Shown here one piece after another: positions 1 through 44,742 of a DNA stretch of 64,000 bases. The notes beneath the pieces were generated by a model. That model ran no database searches. It saw only the letters and a list, made by a program, of their open reading frames with translations, and had not been told where the DNA came from. Numbering within the stretch: the stretch's first letter is position 1; each line of letters starts with the position of its first letter. A program made the translations under genes and the position numbers. The DNA is from the human T2T-CHM13v2.0 reference genome, Homo sapiens. The stretch lies in NCBI RefSeq assembly GCF_009914755.1, contig NC_060925.1; one strand, written 5' to 3'.

Positions 1-899
1 GACAGCCAGGGGACTCCACCAGCGGGTCGGTGCAACCCCAGAAATGCCACTGATCCCACAAAAGGGCCACACCCCAAACACCATAACAAACAACTTGCTG
101 AGAAAACCAGTAAACTGGCTTACTGGGGAGCCAGCCTCCTAGGTGGAAAATGGCCACTGATTTTTTTTTGTGCCTGTGCGGGGCCTCAGAGTTCCCCTCC
201 GGAGAATGGGTCTAATTCCAAGGACCCAGGATATGACAGTCAACTATTGTCCAGGCAACTCCACCCCAAGAGAGGACTCCCCTATTCCCCGTCCCCAGCA
301 CGCTCGCTGCCAACTTGGCCTGTCTAACAGGCGAGGTGAGTGCCGGGCTCCTGTAGGAGCTCAGTGACAGCATTAAAGCCACCAACTAACCAAGCAAGCA
401 AACAGAAGGGGGCAGGGGGTGTGGCCACCTGGTGGGAATACCCTCCCCAGAAGACGCTGGCTGCTTCCTCCAACAGGAGCTGGAGGTGTCCATTTGTGGA
501 GTCTTCTCACCCCTGGAAGTCAGAAGGGGCCAGATGCACGTTCCTGGGCCCGGGAGGGCCTCCAGCCTCCCACAAGTCTCTCCGAAGTCCAGAGAGGCCA
601 CAGACTTGGCGCAGGGAAGCCGAGAAGTAAGAGTCTCCCAGAAAGGAGGGAGGGTGGCTGACAGGGTGGGGCCCTACCCAGCTGTGCCAGGAGGGAAAAC
701 GTCCCAAACAAATGGTGAGCAGTTAACTAAAGAACTGTCCCGCAAGGCAACCCCTGGCGCACAGCCCTGTGTATACTAAATTCTGAGAGAGATAAAAGGA
801 GAGAGATGGTAGGGGCAGGGGCGGTGGCCCTGGGGCGTCAGGCCCGTAGCCAAGGCAGGGTGGGCTGGGAACGGCCACCACCCTGGGCGATGGTGAGGC

Positions 900-2800
900 T
901 GGAGACAGCGGCGGGCGCTAGGTCGCGCCAGAAGGACGCCGGCGGCCCGGGTAAAGTGCTTGGGAGCGGCGGTCACAGCGCACAGAGGCCAGGAAAGAGG
1001 AGCAGGGGTCCGAGCCCGTGCGTCCCAGAGCGGAGTCCTCCTGGGCCGGGAGGGAAGCCGCCCCATCCTGGGCGCTCAACGCGTCCCCAAGCACCGCCGG
1101 TCCTCGCCCCTCTCTGGGCCCCACCCAGCCCGCCCCGCGGCCGACATGGGCCAGGGGCCGGGTCCCGCCTGCCCGCAGCGAGGCCAGAGGCGCACGGCGG
1201 CGGGACGCGAGCGCGGGGTGCGCCGCTCCGGGAGCTAGCGCGATTCCCGCCCCCTTCAAGGGCACGCGGGCTGACCCTGACAGCGCCGCGCCCCCCAGCG
1301 CAGGCCCCGGCCCGCGGTCCTCTGGCCCGCCTGGCCCGCGTCGCCGCCCGGGGGGCCCGGATCGCACCCCGCCCTTAGCCGCCCTCACGCCGCGCCCGGG
1401 CGCTCACCCAGCCTTCGCCCTTGGCCGCGCGGCGCCAGCAGGGCGGGAGCGCAGCCCCGCAACCCGGGTGCCCCTCCTGCGAGGCGCCAGCCCGGCCGCG
1501 CCGCCCCCGCCGCCCGCGCTCCGGCCCTGGGCCCGGCCCGTCTCGGCGCCCCCGCCGCTCTGGCCCCAGGCGCACCCGCGCCCCGCTCACCTGACATCTC
1601 GTCCTCATTCTCCATCTCCTCGGCGAACAGCCGCGGCAGCTCCTCCTCGGTGCCCACTGGGCCCCGCATGCCCGGCGCGGGGAGGAGGGGAGGTGGGCGC
1701 CCCCCCTCCCGCCGGGCGCGGTGCCAGCCTTAACCCGTGCGCTGCCGGACCGGCGCGCGCGGCGGGCGAGGCGGCCTCGGCGAGAAGATGGCGGCCGCCT
1801 GCCCCCCCACCCCCCCAAACCTCCACCCCCCCGTCTCGACCCCCCTTTCTCTCGGCCGCCTTAGCCTGCTCCCCGCAAAGCCCGGGCGCTCCTCCCACCG
1901 CGCCCCGCAGCCCGAGTCCCGCAGCCGGCCGAGGGTGGCGGCGGCAGCGCCAGAGGCACGGCGGCACGGCGGGGGGGCGGCACACATGCCCGGATTGTGA
2001 CGTCCAGTCTGGTTGCTGTGGCAACCCCATCCCATCGTTCCGGCAGCGCGACTAGTTAACAGCAGAGAACAAGTTGGGGGACTAGTCCTGAGCCGCCGGG
2101 TGAGGGTGGGGACCGGGGGGCGCCCCGGCAGGGGGAGCCGTCGAGGCGTCCGCGCGCCCGCGGACCCGACGGCCGAGCGGGCAGCCGGGGCTTGGCGAGC
2201 CCGGGCGCAGGGGGAGGCGAGGAAACACCGCCCCCGCGCACCCCGGGCAGAGCCAGCCGCCGCCGCTCGCCTGCGAAGGCGCTGGGCCCCGAGCCCCCAA
2301 GGGCGCGGAGGCAGGGTCTTCAGGGCAGCGCGCGGCCCGCTCCCCCACTCGGTTCACAGGCGCCGGGACCCACCCCGCTCCCGGCTCCGGCCTCGGCACG
2401 TTCCTAACCCCCTCTCCAAAGAGGATTAGAAGAAAAATGTGTTCCACACTTGGGGAAAAGACGCTCTGGAGACTGTGGGTCTGATTTACAGCAGAAAAAT
2501 CCGCGCAGGCGGGCTCCCCTCACCTGCTTCCCCGCTCCCACCGCCCACGTGCCCCCTTCCAAAAAGCCCCTCCAGGCTGGGTGCAGCTGAAACCCATGCA
2601 GACCCCTAGGGGTGGTGCGGATCTGCGATGTCTGTGCCCAAAACTCCCGCTCAGAAGCGACACCTGTCGCAGAGCAGGAAGGAGCCGCCGCCACCAGCCC
2701 TCGGTCGTTAAAGGTGAAGATGGAGGCCAAAGCCCTCGGGAGCAAGACTGGAATTTTAAATGAGCGCCTCCAGTCTCCGCGGCGGCAAGTCTTAAAGCTA
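900..2800. promoter_or_regulatory. CpG island spanning CHD5 promoter, exon 1 and start of intron 1
   Basis: Very high GC/CpG. YY1 motif AAGATGGCGGC 1785-1795, CRE-like TGACGTC 1998-2004, RFX X-box GTTGCTGTGGCAAC 2012-2025. Boundaries approximate. Confidence 0.9.
1591..1669 (-). CDS. CHD5: CHD5 coding exon 1 (chromodomain helicase DNA-binding protein 5); rest of gene lies left of the window
   Basis: Encodes [26 protein letters not shown], the CHD5 N-terminus. Kozak GGCATGC; 79 nt followed by donor G|GTGAGC (plus-strand ctcac 1586-1590), phase 1. Confidence 0.96.
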
Positions 2801-3712
2801 CCTTAAGAACGCAAAAGTTCCAGGGGCTGGCCGACCGCCAGCTCTCTAACCCCAGAAGGCCCGTGAAGGGAGGGCCCCCTCTCACTGCCTCGCAGGGGCA
2901 CTGGGGGAACCCACCTGAGACACGCAGGATCGGCAGCAGTTTCCCTTCTTCCCGTTCAATTTTATTGCCAGCAAACCCCAAACAAAAGACCCTCTGCATT
3001 CATCCCTGGGCAAGGAGAGGTCGGTCCAGCCTTCTGGAACCAAAGACTGGGGTGTTGGGAACCCCTCCATCTCCCAGATCCGCTTTAACTACGCTGTAGA
3101 TAGAGAAGCCGGGTCAGCCCAGTGCTGGCCGCCTGCAAGGGGAAAGGAACACTCTTCAGGGAAGCAGGCCAGGAAACCAAAGGGCCTCCCCTCCCAAGGC
3201 CGTGTTTCCCCACAGAGCAGCTAGCCAGGGGGAGCCCCAGATCACCGAGGCTTGAACCAAACCTGCCTCTTCCTCGTTCTTTCCAGACCAACTGCCTCCA
3301 TGAATGGTGACCAACAAGGGAAGAAAGCCCTAAGCTGACACGCCCACCCCTCAGTTACCAGCCCCCCAACACCTCTCTAATCCCTTTCAAAGGTCCCCTG
3401 CCCTTCGGTAGAAAAACTCTGATTTACAATACTTCTCATCACCAGAAAGCCGCCCCCATCATTAACCCTGGCTCCAATTCCCAAGGCGAGGCTGAAAGTC
3501 AAGATATCGTTCAAGAAAGAACAGTTCTAACTGCTTAATCTGGCAACAAATTAGAGCCGAGATGCTCATCAGTCATAATCCTCTCCCCATCCTGTTCTTC
3601 CCGATGACTGCAACTAGGTAATATTATTTAATGTCCAAAAGCAAAATGAAACAAAAACTGGAATGCTAGAAACAAATGGATTTTTTTACTACAAATCTCC
3701 AGGTTTTTTGGG

Positions 3713-4680
<968 letters not shown>

Positions 4681-7600
4681 TCATCCAGGAACCCCCAAGG
4701 CCTGCCTGAGGCCATTTCGTTCAACAATGCATATCCACGCTGTGGCCACCTGGCACCACCAGCTTCTCAAGGGCAATGAAGTGCTTGTACATACACCACC
4801 TCACAGCGAGTCACATAGATCAAAACTCTGCCCCACACCTCCTCCTCGGCAGGGGTGAAACGGCGTCACTCAGGACCGCAGTGTCCTCTGCAATGAAGGC
4901 TCAGTGCCCACCTGCTGCACCAAGACTTTCGTTGCACTTGAAGGCTTTTTCCGAAAGTGTGGACCCTGCACCACCTGAATTCAAATCAGTTGGGGTTGCA
5001 GGGGAGGAAGGAGCTTCTCAAAAAGGCAGCCCTGGGCCATGGCCCTGAACCTGAGAAAATCCTTGTGTAAGCCTGAGAACGTTTTATGGGTGTTCTCTGG
5101 GTTCTAGCTATGGTGGCAGCTAACTCACTCCGCTGGTCAGCACAGCCTTTACAGACTGTTTTAGCTGGGCCCAAAATAGCCTGGGGGAAAAAAAAGAATG
5201 TGTATTCTCAAATCCATCCCAAAGACAAGAAAATGGCTGGATGAGAAATTCAGTTTCCTGTTCCTAGAGATAAGCACTATGATTGCACCGTTTAACAGGC
5301 AGTCCTCACCTCCTTCCTGTAGGTGGAGGGCTACCTCCTTGCAGGGATGGCAAATCCCCACACCAAGCCTCTCTTCTACCCTCTTCTCCCTCAAAGAGAA
5401 TCAACCCCACAGTTTATTCCACTAAATACAGGCCCATCACCACGACTCAGCGAACAACCTGGGCAGGTGCCAACCCAGGCTCTCCTTCAGGGACCTGGCC
5501 CATCTCTCACCGCCGTGGTGCCCCTACCCTGCAGCTTCTGACTCGTCACCCCAGTATTCTGTCCAAGGGTTACTGGGGAGATGGTCTGTCCCCTGGAACT
5601 GCCAGATCTGTAACTGTCCCACATCCTAGGTCCCCCTCTCCTGTGGGAGGTCTTGGTTTACAATACTTGACAAGTTTAAGGGTCTGAGTCCCATGTACAA
5701 ATGGAAAGTGAAATCAGGTGTCAACACCAAATTCCAGGCTCCCCTGACATCAATGACTTCAACAGCCGGACCATTATTCCCCATCACCAGGGTCCTTATC
5801 ACCCTCCAGGAAATCAAGTGTCCCCTAAAAAGGCTGAGCTCTAGATAGCCCCAGATATCAACTGTCTTAAGACACTTGGTATTATCCAACTTCCTCACTT
5901 TCCCCGTGTTTCTGACCACCTCTGTGCTACACACCATTCATGAGCAAAGTTAGGACCCACGTATTTCAACACCTGGCTGCTCCTGAAAATGTATGAGGAC
6001 AACAGTCCTCAAAACCCAAACACTTCACCACTGGAAGTGCCATGGGAAAAGGGGGATCAGAGGCTTTTTGGAGGGAAAACATGAAGCCTTTAGAAGTGAC
6101 TAGTTCGTAGCACTTAGTGACATCAACAAACCTCATTTCCTCAGCTGTACCAGCACACTCGAGGGAAGGGCGTGAAGGTGTTGTGTAACTGGCATTGGCT
6201 GAGACGAGACCAACCTCCTGTTTCCGGACTCTTATGAACTTAAATCACGGCTTGAAACTCTCCACGACCCCAGTCAGCCCCTGTGCCTCAACTATTTTCG
6301 ATCAGGCAAGTGAGGTGTGAGTCAAAACAAAGGAAACTGGTCTACAGTGTGCTTTGGGCGCAGCTGGTGTCATGGTTGTGATGGAATTCAAGTTCACACT
6401 ACCTATTCCCCATCAGAAAACGGCATTTGCTGGCAAAGTTGATCCCCAGGCTCTGGATCTGGAGAAATTCTACACAGAGTTCAGTGACAGCCAACCCCTG
6501 AATCTCACTGCGGCAAAACAGCACAACTAAGGGAAGAAAAGTGGAAATAAAGGACATCTTTTCTTCTAAGCCTAATAAAGACCAACGTAACTGTTGGTAC
6601 AGCAACTAATTCGTGAGGACAAAGCTTTTCTTCACATGCCAGTCCTTAAAAAAAACAAAGCCTCGTACAGTAAGAGTAGCCAGGTGTTAGCCACTTTAAT
6701 AGAAAATATGATCAAAACTCGATTACAAGAGTTCAAAAAGACATAGAAAACCAGTGAGTTTCAATTTTATTACAAGTTTTCAAATCTGGGACTAGTTTCT
6801 TTTTTTCTTTTAACTGAAATGCCAACTTCAGCCCAGGGTTTTTTCACAACCAAACTAAAAATGACTTACTACATGGGAACATCAATGCAACAAGTAGAAT
6901 TTGTAAACTCAAGCCACAAACTTAGTTAATAATCATGGTTAAGGGACATTGCCAAAGAGCAACTGATGCCTCAGTGAAGTTTGAAAGAAACTCTGCTTTC
7001 TGTGACGGCAGAGAAGAAATATGCAAGCAATTCTGCTTCAAAGAAATTTGCATAGAAATGGAAAAATGCCAGAGCCTTTAACACAAGTGAAATTGCAAAG
7101 CCTCAACACGTTCAACTCAATCCACAGAGCACCAAATGTTTAATGGGAGCCAAGGTAGGACTGAGCATTGAACTTCCAGCTATGCAACTCGCAGGGCACA
7201 ATTTCAAGTGTGGAAACCATCTGTAGGCAAGCTCTTTTAAAAACATGAATTTTAGACACCGTAAATTCTAATGCAGACACTTTTGCATTACTGTTTGAAT
7301 TTCAGAAGGGCACCACAAGGCACCAGAGTCTTTCAAAGTCACTCACAGCAACAATTGCATTTTTTTCCCAGCCTTGGTAGCCCCTTTCAGTTGTCTAGCC
7401 TCTGCACTGTGGCACACCACTGACATTAAATCCAGTCATGGCCTAAGTGGCATGAGGCAGCTATTTCCAGGGCACCTCCCACCTCCTTGGCATGGGAGGC
7501 TTCCCAGTCACTCCTCCTTCGTGTCCCCTCTTTCAAGAACCTCCAGAGCTCTTGGCATCAGGGGCCCCCATTGCTGGGCCCCACACGGGAGACCACATCT

Positions 7601-8275
7601 GGAAGCACTATTCCTACAGCTCCCTCTGCTGGAGACGAAAGTGACAGTTTGTTGCAAAGACCTGTAGAAACATTACTTACACGTTCATTTCTGTACACAT
7701 TTAGTTAATTTAGAACCTGGGACTTTTACAATCGATTCCCCAAACCCCTTTATGGCAGCAACACTGAAGGAGCACAGTTTCTCTCTCTAGGAAGAAGAGG
7801 ATTAGCAGACATAATTGTGTGCGTCAAGAGAAATTTGTAATCAAAAAATGAAAGTAAGACGAATGGCCCAGAAACCCGCATTTTATTGACAGTCATTTTC
7901 CCACAGAGAATCTTAGAAAGATGTCGCGTTTTCTTTTAATGAATGAGAGAAGCCCATTTGTATCCCTGAATCATTGAGAAAAGCAACAGATACAACTGAC
8001 AGTCACACTTTTTAAAATCAAACAGTCACTACCTTCAGCCCACACCTCCACACCCGCATCTGCCTCCCCAATGGCTGTCAGTTCGGTAAAGTCACCCTCT
8101 CCTTCTACTCTGGTATTACCACGAGAATTGAAATTTTTAAGCAGAAAAAAAAAGAAGTCAAGTTACAAATAAATGAGTGGCGAACCAAGGGAAGCCCTTT
8201 GACTATGATTTCCAATTTTCTGTTCAATCCACACTGCAGAGATACAAGGATAAACCACCATTTTGGTTCCCAAGT

Positions 8276-8281
8276 TTTATT
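8276..8281 (-). terminator. RPL22 proximal poly(A) signal AATAAA
   Basis: plus-strand tttatt 37 nt after the stop; further minus-strand signals at 7882-7887, 6766-6771 and ATTAAA 6695-6700. Confidence 0.85.
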
Positions 8282-8317
8282 CAAGAACTCATACAAAATT
8301 TTCCAGATAAATGAAAT

Positions 8318-21219
<12,902 letters not shown>

Positions 21220-21234
21220 GGCGGCAGCGGAGTT

Positions 21235-21244
21235 AGAAAGGGAG
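21235..21244 (-). promoter_or_regulatory. RPL22 TCT initiator / 5'TOP pyrimidine tract
   Basis: Minus strand CTCCCTTTCT about 20 nt before the ATG; matches the YC+1TYTYY motif typical of ribosomal protein genes. Confidence 0.85.
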
Positions 21245-21859
21245 GTGAGCGAACTACGCAGACGCAAAGAGCCCGCAGCGCGCAAGGCACGCAGGGTCCA
21301 GGCCGCACTAATCACTTTGCCACGCCCCTCGTCCGCCACCTTTTCTCTTGGTTATGTACGATAGGGGAGCGATTGGTTTTTCCTGAATGCAAAACGCGTC
21401 CTCTCCCAGGCCTGGAGGGTTTCTGGGGAAGGAAGGAGGCCCGGCGGGCTGTCCCACTGCGAACGATCGGAGGGGGGAAGCCAGACTGGACGAGCCCAAA
21501 GATAAATAAAGGGGTTGGCTTTACTTTTTGAAAGTCTTGGGAAGAAAAAAGAAATAAGGAAATTCACTATACTGTAAATTACCAGCTAGTGGGATGGAAA
21601 TCGAATCTACTAATTTGGGGAAGTGGGAAAATTCCTTGTAGCCACCGGGAAATTTCGTTCAGAGGTCCCAATGCCAGACCACTATGGCTTCCTCAAAAAG
21701 CCCCAGCTTGGAAGCTCATGCCCAGGGGCTGTCTCCCAGTGCCTGTCCTTTTTGCTGTAGCCAGGCCGCCCCCTCGCTGATCACCACTCCCTAGTTTCCC
21801 AGCCCAAGCCTTCTAGTTTCCCATCCCAAACCAGTAAGTAGTTGAGGACCACCAGGAGA

Positions 21860-21978
21860 TCTGGAAAATGCAGATTCCAATTCCAGCGGTCTCAGTGGCC
21901 TGAAATTCTGCATTTCTCACAAGCTCTCAGACGATGCTGATGCTGCGAGTCCATGGACCGCATGTGGAGAAGCAAAGG
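21860..21978 (+). mobile_element. MER5-family (hAT-Charlie) DNA transposon fragment
   Basis: AAATGCAGATT...TCTGCATTTCTCACAAGCTCTCAG..GATGCTGATGCTGC..GTCCATGGACC resembles MER5 consensus as recalled. Confidence 0.6.
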
Positions 21979-22099
21979 TCCTCATCCCCAGGCCCACAGG
22001 TCCCTTGAACTGGGCTACTTTGCACCCAGTCACCCGCTGCGTCCTCACGGAATTATATTCCAGGATCCTGAATTGTAAATCACTCAGTGGCACACACAC

Positions 22100-22722
22100 T
22101 CTCCACTCCCTTTACCTGGCTTCAGTGTACTCACCTAGCAAAAGTCCAATCACCAGAAGAGACTGTGCTGATGGGTCTAGCTTTCAACTCAGGCCTCAAG
22201 CCGGTTGACCAAGCTCCAAAGCCAGCTGCTGTTCTTGGCTCTATAATGATCAGGCTGGGCCTCTGCAAACACTTCTGCTTTCCAGCTGATCCCGGTTTGG
22301 CTCTATCAATAGGGGGCTTTGCTTCCTGCTTGCTCCTGTCCTGTCTGGTGTCATCCACTCTTGCTTCTTTATCCTGGAGGTGGCAGTTGGAACATTCTGG
22401 AAGCAGCAGTGGAATCCAGTCTGCACTTATTCCAACATTTGCAGAACCAGCCTCGTTTTCTCCTCAGAGACACCAGCCCTAGCAGAGCAGCACCCTCTCC
22501 TCAGATGTCTGAGTTTCACCTCCCTGTGCCCCTCCTCAAGCATCTACATTTTAATAATACCACCTACCAGTGGTAGCTACTTCCTGCAGTTGCTACTGTT
22601 AGTATTATACCCCGACAGTTACCTAAACACATCTTTATACCTAGTTAACAATCCTTTATATTAAATTCTCTCAGTTAAAAACTATAATGTGTTGTCTTTT
22701 GACTGGACCCTGGCTGATAACG
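22100..22722 (+). mobile_element. Old ERVL-type solo LTR (LTR33-like)
   Basis: 3' end TATATTAAATTCTCTC...TGACTGGACCCTGGCTGATA resembles LTR33-type termini; start uncertain. Confidence 0.45.
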
Positions 22723-22789
22723 GACCCTAAGCGAGCCCTCAGGGCTACTGACAATCCTAAATCTCTCCCCCAAGGGACTATTTCCCTTT

Positions 22790-27394
<4,605 letters not shown>

Positions 27395-28179
27395 TACCCT
27401 TGAAGACCCCGCAGCCAAGGTCCTCCGGCCCCGCTCTGCGCGGCGCTCTGGTCTTGGGGCTCCGGACTCTGTCATGCCGGGCAGGGGCCAGTCCGATCCT
27501 TGCACCCTTGCCTGGCACCGTCCCTGGAGCCTTGGCGTCCTGGCCTCTCCTCCCCGCGGGCTGGAGGTGGAGTGGCCGGGCCGGAACCAGTGCGCAAAGC
27601 AGATGGCGAGCGCGGAGGTCGGTTCGGCCCCGCCGCGCCTCAAGGCAGCAGCCACCCTGGGGAAGGTGGATGCCGGAAGAGGCGTCGCCTGCGGGTCACC
27701 CAGAGGACACCCGGCGGGGAATTCCGAGGGTGGGAGTGAGGAGAGGTAGGAGAGGCCACGGCAGAGGGAGGCCCCGCGCAGAGTGGGAACCATCGCCCGG
27801 TGCGGGCCTGAACTTCCAGGGCCGGCTACTCCTCGGCAGAGCGACCGCGCGGTGTCTCAGAGCGCGGCCCGGAGCCGCACTAAGAGCGCTGGACGGCGGG
27901 AGAGAGGCTCGGAGGACCGGTAGCTCCCAGCAAAGCGGCCCAGCGGGTAGGTACAAGGCCCCGCCCCTCGCCAGTCCTCACTGCCTGTTCTCCCTGCGCC
28001 GGGGAGCTCCAGGCCCCAGCCCTAACCTGGGCCCTAGCGGCTCCCCACTCCATGACCTCTGGACGCCCAGTCGGGTCCAGGCGCGATAGGGAGGGCGCGG
28101 GCGCCCGGGCAGAGGGGCCGCGGGAGCTCAAGCGGGGCTCCGTGCGTGCCCCAGCCGCCCGCTTGCGCTGTCGCTGCAG

Positions 28180-41741
<13,562 letters not shown>

Positions 41742-42857
41742 GGTTATTTCTTTAAAAGGTAATCATTTGTCAAGAGTAAAACCCAGAAGCTCTGACAGGC
41801 CATAATTTCAGATCCTTTGGCTTGGGCAGTTTTGATTTTCCCCGTGTTTGCATGGCATGAAGTCTTCGTCCTTGTCACAGTAGCTTGGGATGACTCCCAG
41901 TCCACATGGAAAACATCAGGGAGTGACAATCCAGCAAGAAATCCCTCGCTAGTTCCACACCTACGCACCGAGCGTCGGTGTGCCAGGCCCTGTGCTGGGC
42001 AGAGTGTGGTATGTCAGGGTGTGCCGGTTTTAGGTAACAAGACTCCACCACTGAGTGGCACCTGCCCTATTGCAAAGGAATCCAGTTCCTCCGGAATAAC
42101 AGTCCCACTGTTAACCTGGTGCTACTGGGAAGTTCCACACAGTAATCTGAGCAGTGACTCATGGAAGGATGAGGAACGTTTGCTCCAGCTTCTCTCCCTT
42201 TCCAGCAAGGGCAGAGCTCCTAAAGCCAGGGGTTAGCACCTGGCCAGCTTATGTGGCAGATGGTCTCAGTTACAACTTCGCTGCTTTCCCAAACTCCTGC
42301 AGCCCTCCTGAGTCCGACTTCCGTTGATAGCAAGGCACTGGGTGGCAGCAACCTTTTTTCTAGTAGTTTTTTCCCAGCAGTTTTCCATTTCTCCACAGTA
42401 TCCTTTTCATTTAGAGGAGCTTAATAAATGCTTTTTAAAAAGTAACCCACGTGACGTAAAATTTTACAAGTTTTTGTGGCAAAATGATGCCCAGATAGTC
42501 ACATTTAAGCAAATATTCAGCTTGATTCAGTGATTAACAGCAAATGGGTCTACGTGCTAACATGGCAGCACATTCAACACATAACACATCACTCACATTG
42601 ACGTCCACTGTCCCTGCACCTGCTACTTCAGGGGCACTGAGGCTCCTGTTCCAAGGCCTTACAAACCTATGTGGTGGCCTGCAGGGCAAAAGGAATTATC
42701 ATTACAACTGGTTAGAGGTAGGAATTCAGAAAGAAATTGAGGAGGCCAAACACACGTCGTTTGAGGCTAAAGGCTTAAGACGCTTCTTACCCAAGAGTGA
42801 CCTCAGAGTTTCACATCCCAGACAATCACACTGTGGTTGAGTGAAATCAAGTGCAGT

Positions 42858-42863
42858 TTTATT
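42858..42863 (-). terminator. ICMT poly(A) signal AATAAA (3'UTR about 3.9 kb)
   Basis: plus-strand tttatt; UG-rich sequence downstream on the minus strand. Confidence 0.75.
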
Positions 42864-42920
42864 TAAGAACTGGAAAGAATAATCAGTATCTGTGAAAGAA
42901 AATCCAATTTAGAATATTTA

Positions 42921-42926
42921 AATAAA
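42921..42926 (+). terminator. RNF207 poly(A) signal AATAAA (upstream alternative 42423-42428)
   Basis: AATAAA in AT-rich block about 1.9 kb after the stop. Confidence 0.75.
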
Positions 42927-43778
42927 CATTTATGTAAAAAGAAGAGTAGAATAATTACTCCGTTCAGTTCCTCTCCTTGCAATGGGATAGGCTGCCTCTG
43001 CTGCAGATGGCTGGGTCTTCCAAACCCATGACAAGTGCCACGGCCTCTGCAGCAGTGGCCCAGAGAGTAGGCACTTCCCAGCATGACAGAGAGGCCGAGG
43101 CCTTCTAACCTTGCCAAACCACTACAAAAGCAAACTAGGGTGGGCAAGCCCAACTACCTAAGGCAGGAAGAAAGTGCAGTGAAGGGACAGTGGTGTGCTG
43201 TGCGTATCGTGGGGGTACTCCTAAGCAGCTAGCTGTTGGCGAGATCTTACAAAGCCTGATCGGCTAACGCAGCTTCCTGGTTTAGGAACATTTTCCCCGG
43301 TCGTATCAATCCCCCAGGTTGGTAAATGAACAGAAGGGATGAATAAAGCCTACTTTTTAGGCTCAAGGAGCAGCTCGTGAAGGGGTGGCAGGTGCGCTGC
43401 TGCCTTGTTTTCTGTCCTGCTAAGAGGCTCACCCCGCGACCTCTTCTGTAAACTGCCACTCAGCAGCGGCCTGCAAGCCCTCACGAAAGGCTTCACTCTA
43501 TGCTGTTTCCAGGTAGCTTTGTTCTGACAGTACCTATTTTCCACTTCAGAATCTCCACTTTAAAACCTGCAATGGAAAAATAAATCTCTTGACAGTTTTT
43601 TAAATCGAGAAAATTGGTGATGTGGCCTTGGCAGCAAATACCCAGAAAGCCTTTACCTCATTAACCTGATTCTCCACGGGCCCTGCCACTGCTAAATTTA
43701 TAAAGCTAAAAATAATCTCAAGATCATGGAACTAAAAAGAAGTCAATCACTTACCAAATCCTGTCCTTAAGGAGTTCA

Positions 43779-44087
<309 letters not shown>

Positions 44088-44742
44088 TGGAGTTCATCTT
44101 TTATCCCTAAGTAATTGCTGACTTCTGCTCTGGGATTATAAACAGGGTGGGAATGTTCTCCCACCATCCCTACCCCTGGAATTCCTCTCCAAAGCAGAGT
44201 ACGTCAAGTTTTCCCTGGTGTCAGACAGCATTTCACCATGAAACCCTAAGACCTGCCTCCTGGGCTCCTTCCAGCTGGTGGGCCTGGTGTGAAGGTGGGC
44301 TTCCTGGGCCTCTGGCAGATGGAGGATGGCATTAAATGCCAACACAGTCAGCTTACCATCCACAAGGCCAGCAGCTGCCAACAGCTGCCCTAGACCTATC
44401 AACAAGACAACTTCATGGCTCCCAATGGGAATGGAGGCTGGGCCCGCCCTACTTAGAGCAGGGGAAAGAACTTTTCCCTCAAAGAGCCGGGGCAGGATGC
44501 CAGAATCTAACTACATCCTCTCCCGGTTTGCAGTTCTAGGAAGTGGAATTTGCTGCCCTAGGCGTGGTCTAAAGGACAAGTTTAGAAATGATTCAACTCA
44601 AGTTCCTAAACAGAGTAAGTGCCAGTTGATGTCCCACCGTGGATCCTTTACTCCAGAAAAATTGTAATGATGGCTCGGCCACCGCCTTGGCTAGAGTCCC
44701 ACTGCACGCGTGTCGTGAGGGCCGATGGGCAAGTCCGTCCGG

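Noticed and set aside
1270-1290. REST/RE1 half-site (GACAGCGCC) in CHD5 intron 1
   Set aside because: Left half TTCAGCACC is absent; no full RE1 found by eye
806-2447. Long overlapping ORFs (up to 345 aa) over the CHD5 island; similar ones at 27400-28640, 30448-31368 and 57124-57907
   Set aside because: Pro/Arg/Gly/Ala-rich ORFs in several frames at once, expected from stop-codon scarcity in GC-rich DNA; only the spliced exon portions match real proteins
6399-6605. Possible minus-strand cassette exon or 68-aa ORF downstream of RPL22
   Set aside because: Weak pyrimidine tract and donor, non-ATG start, no recognisable homology
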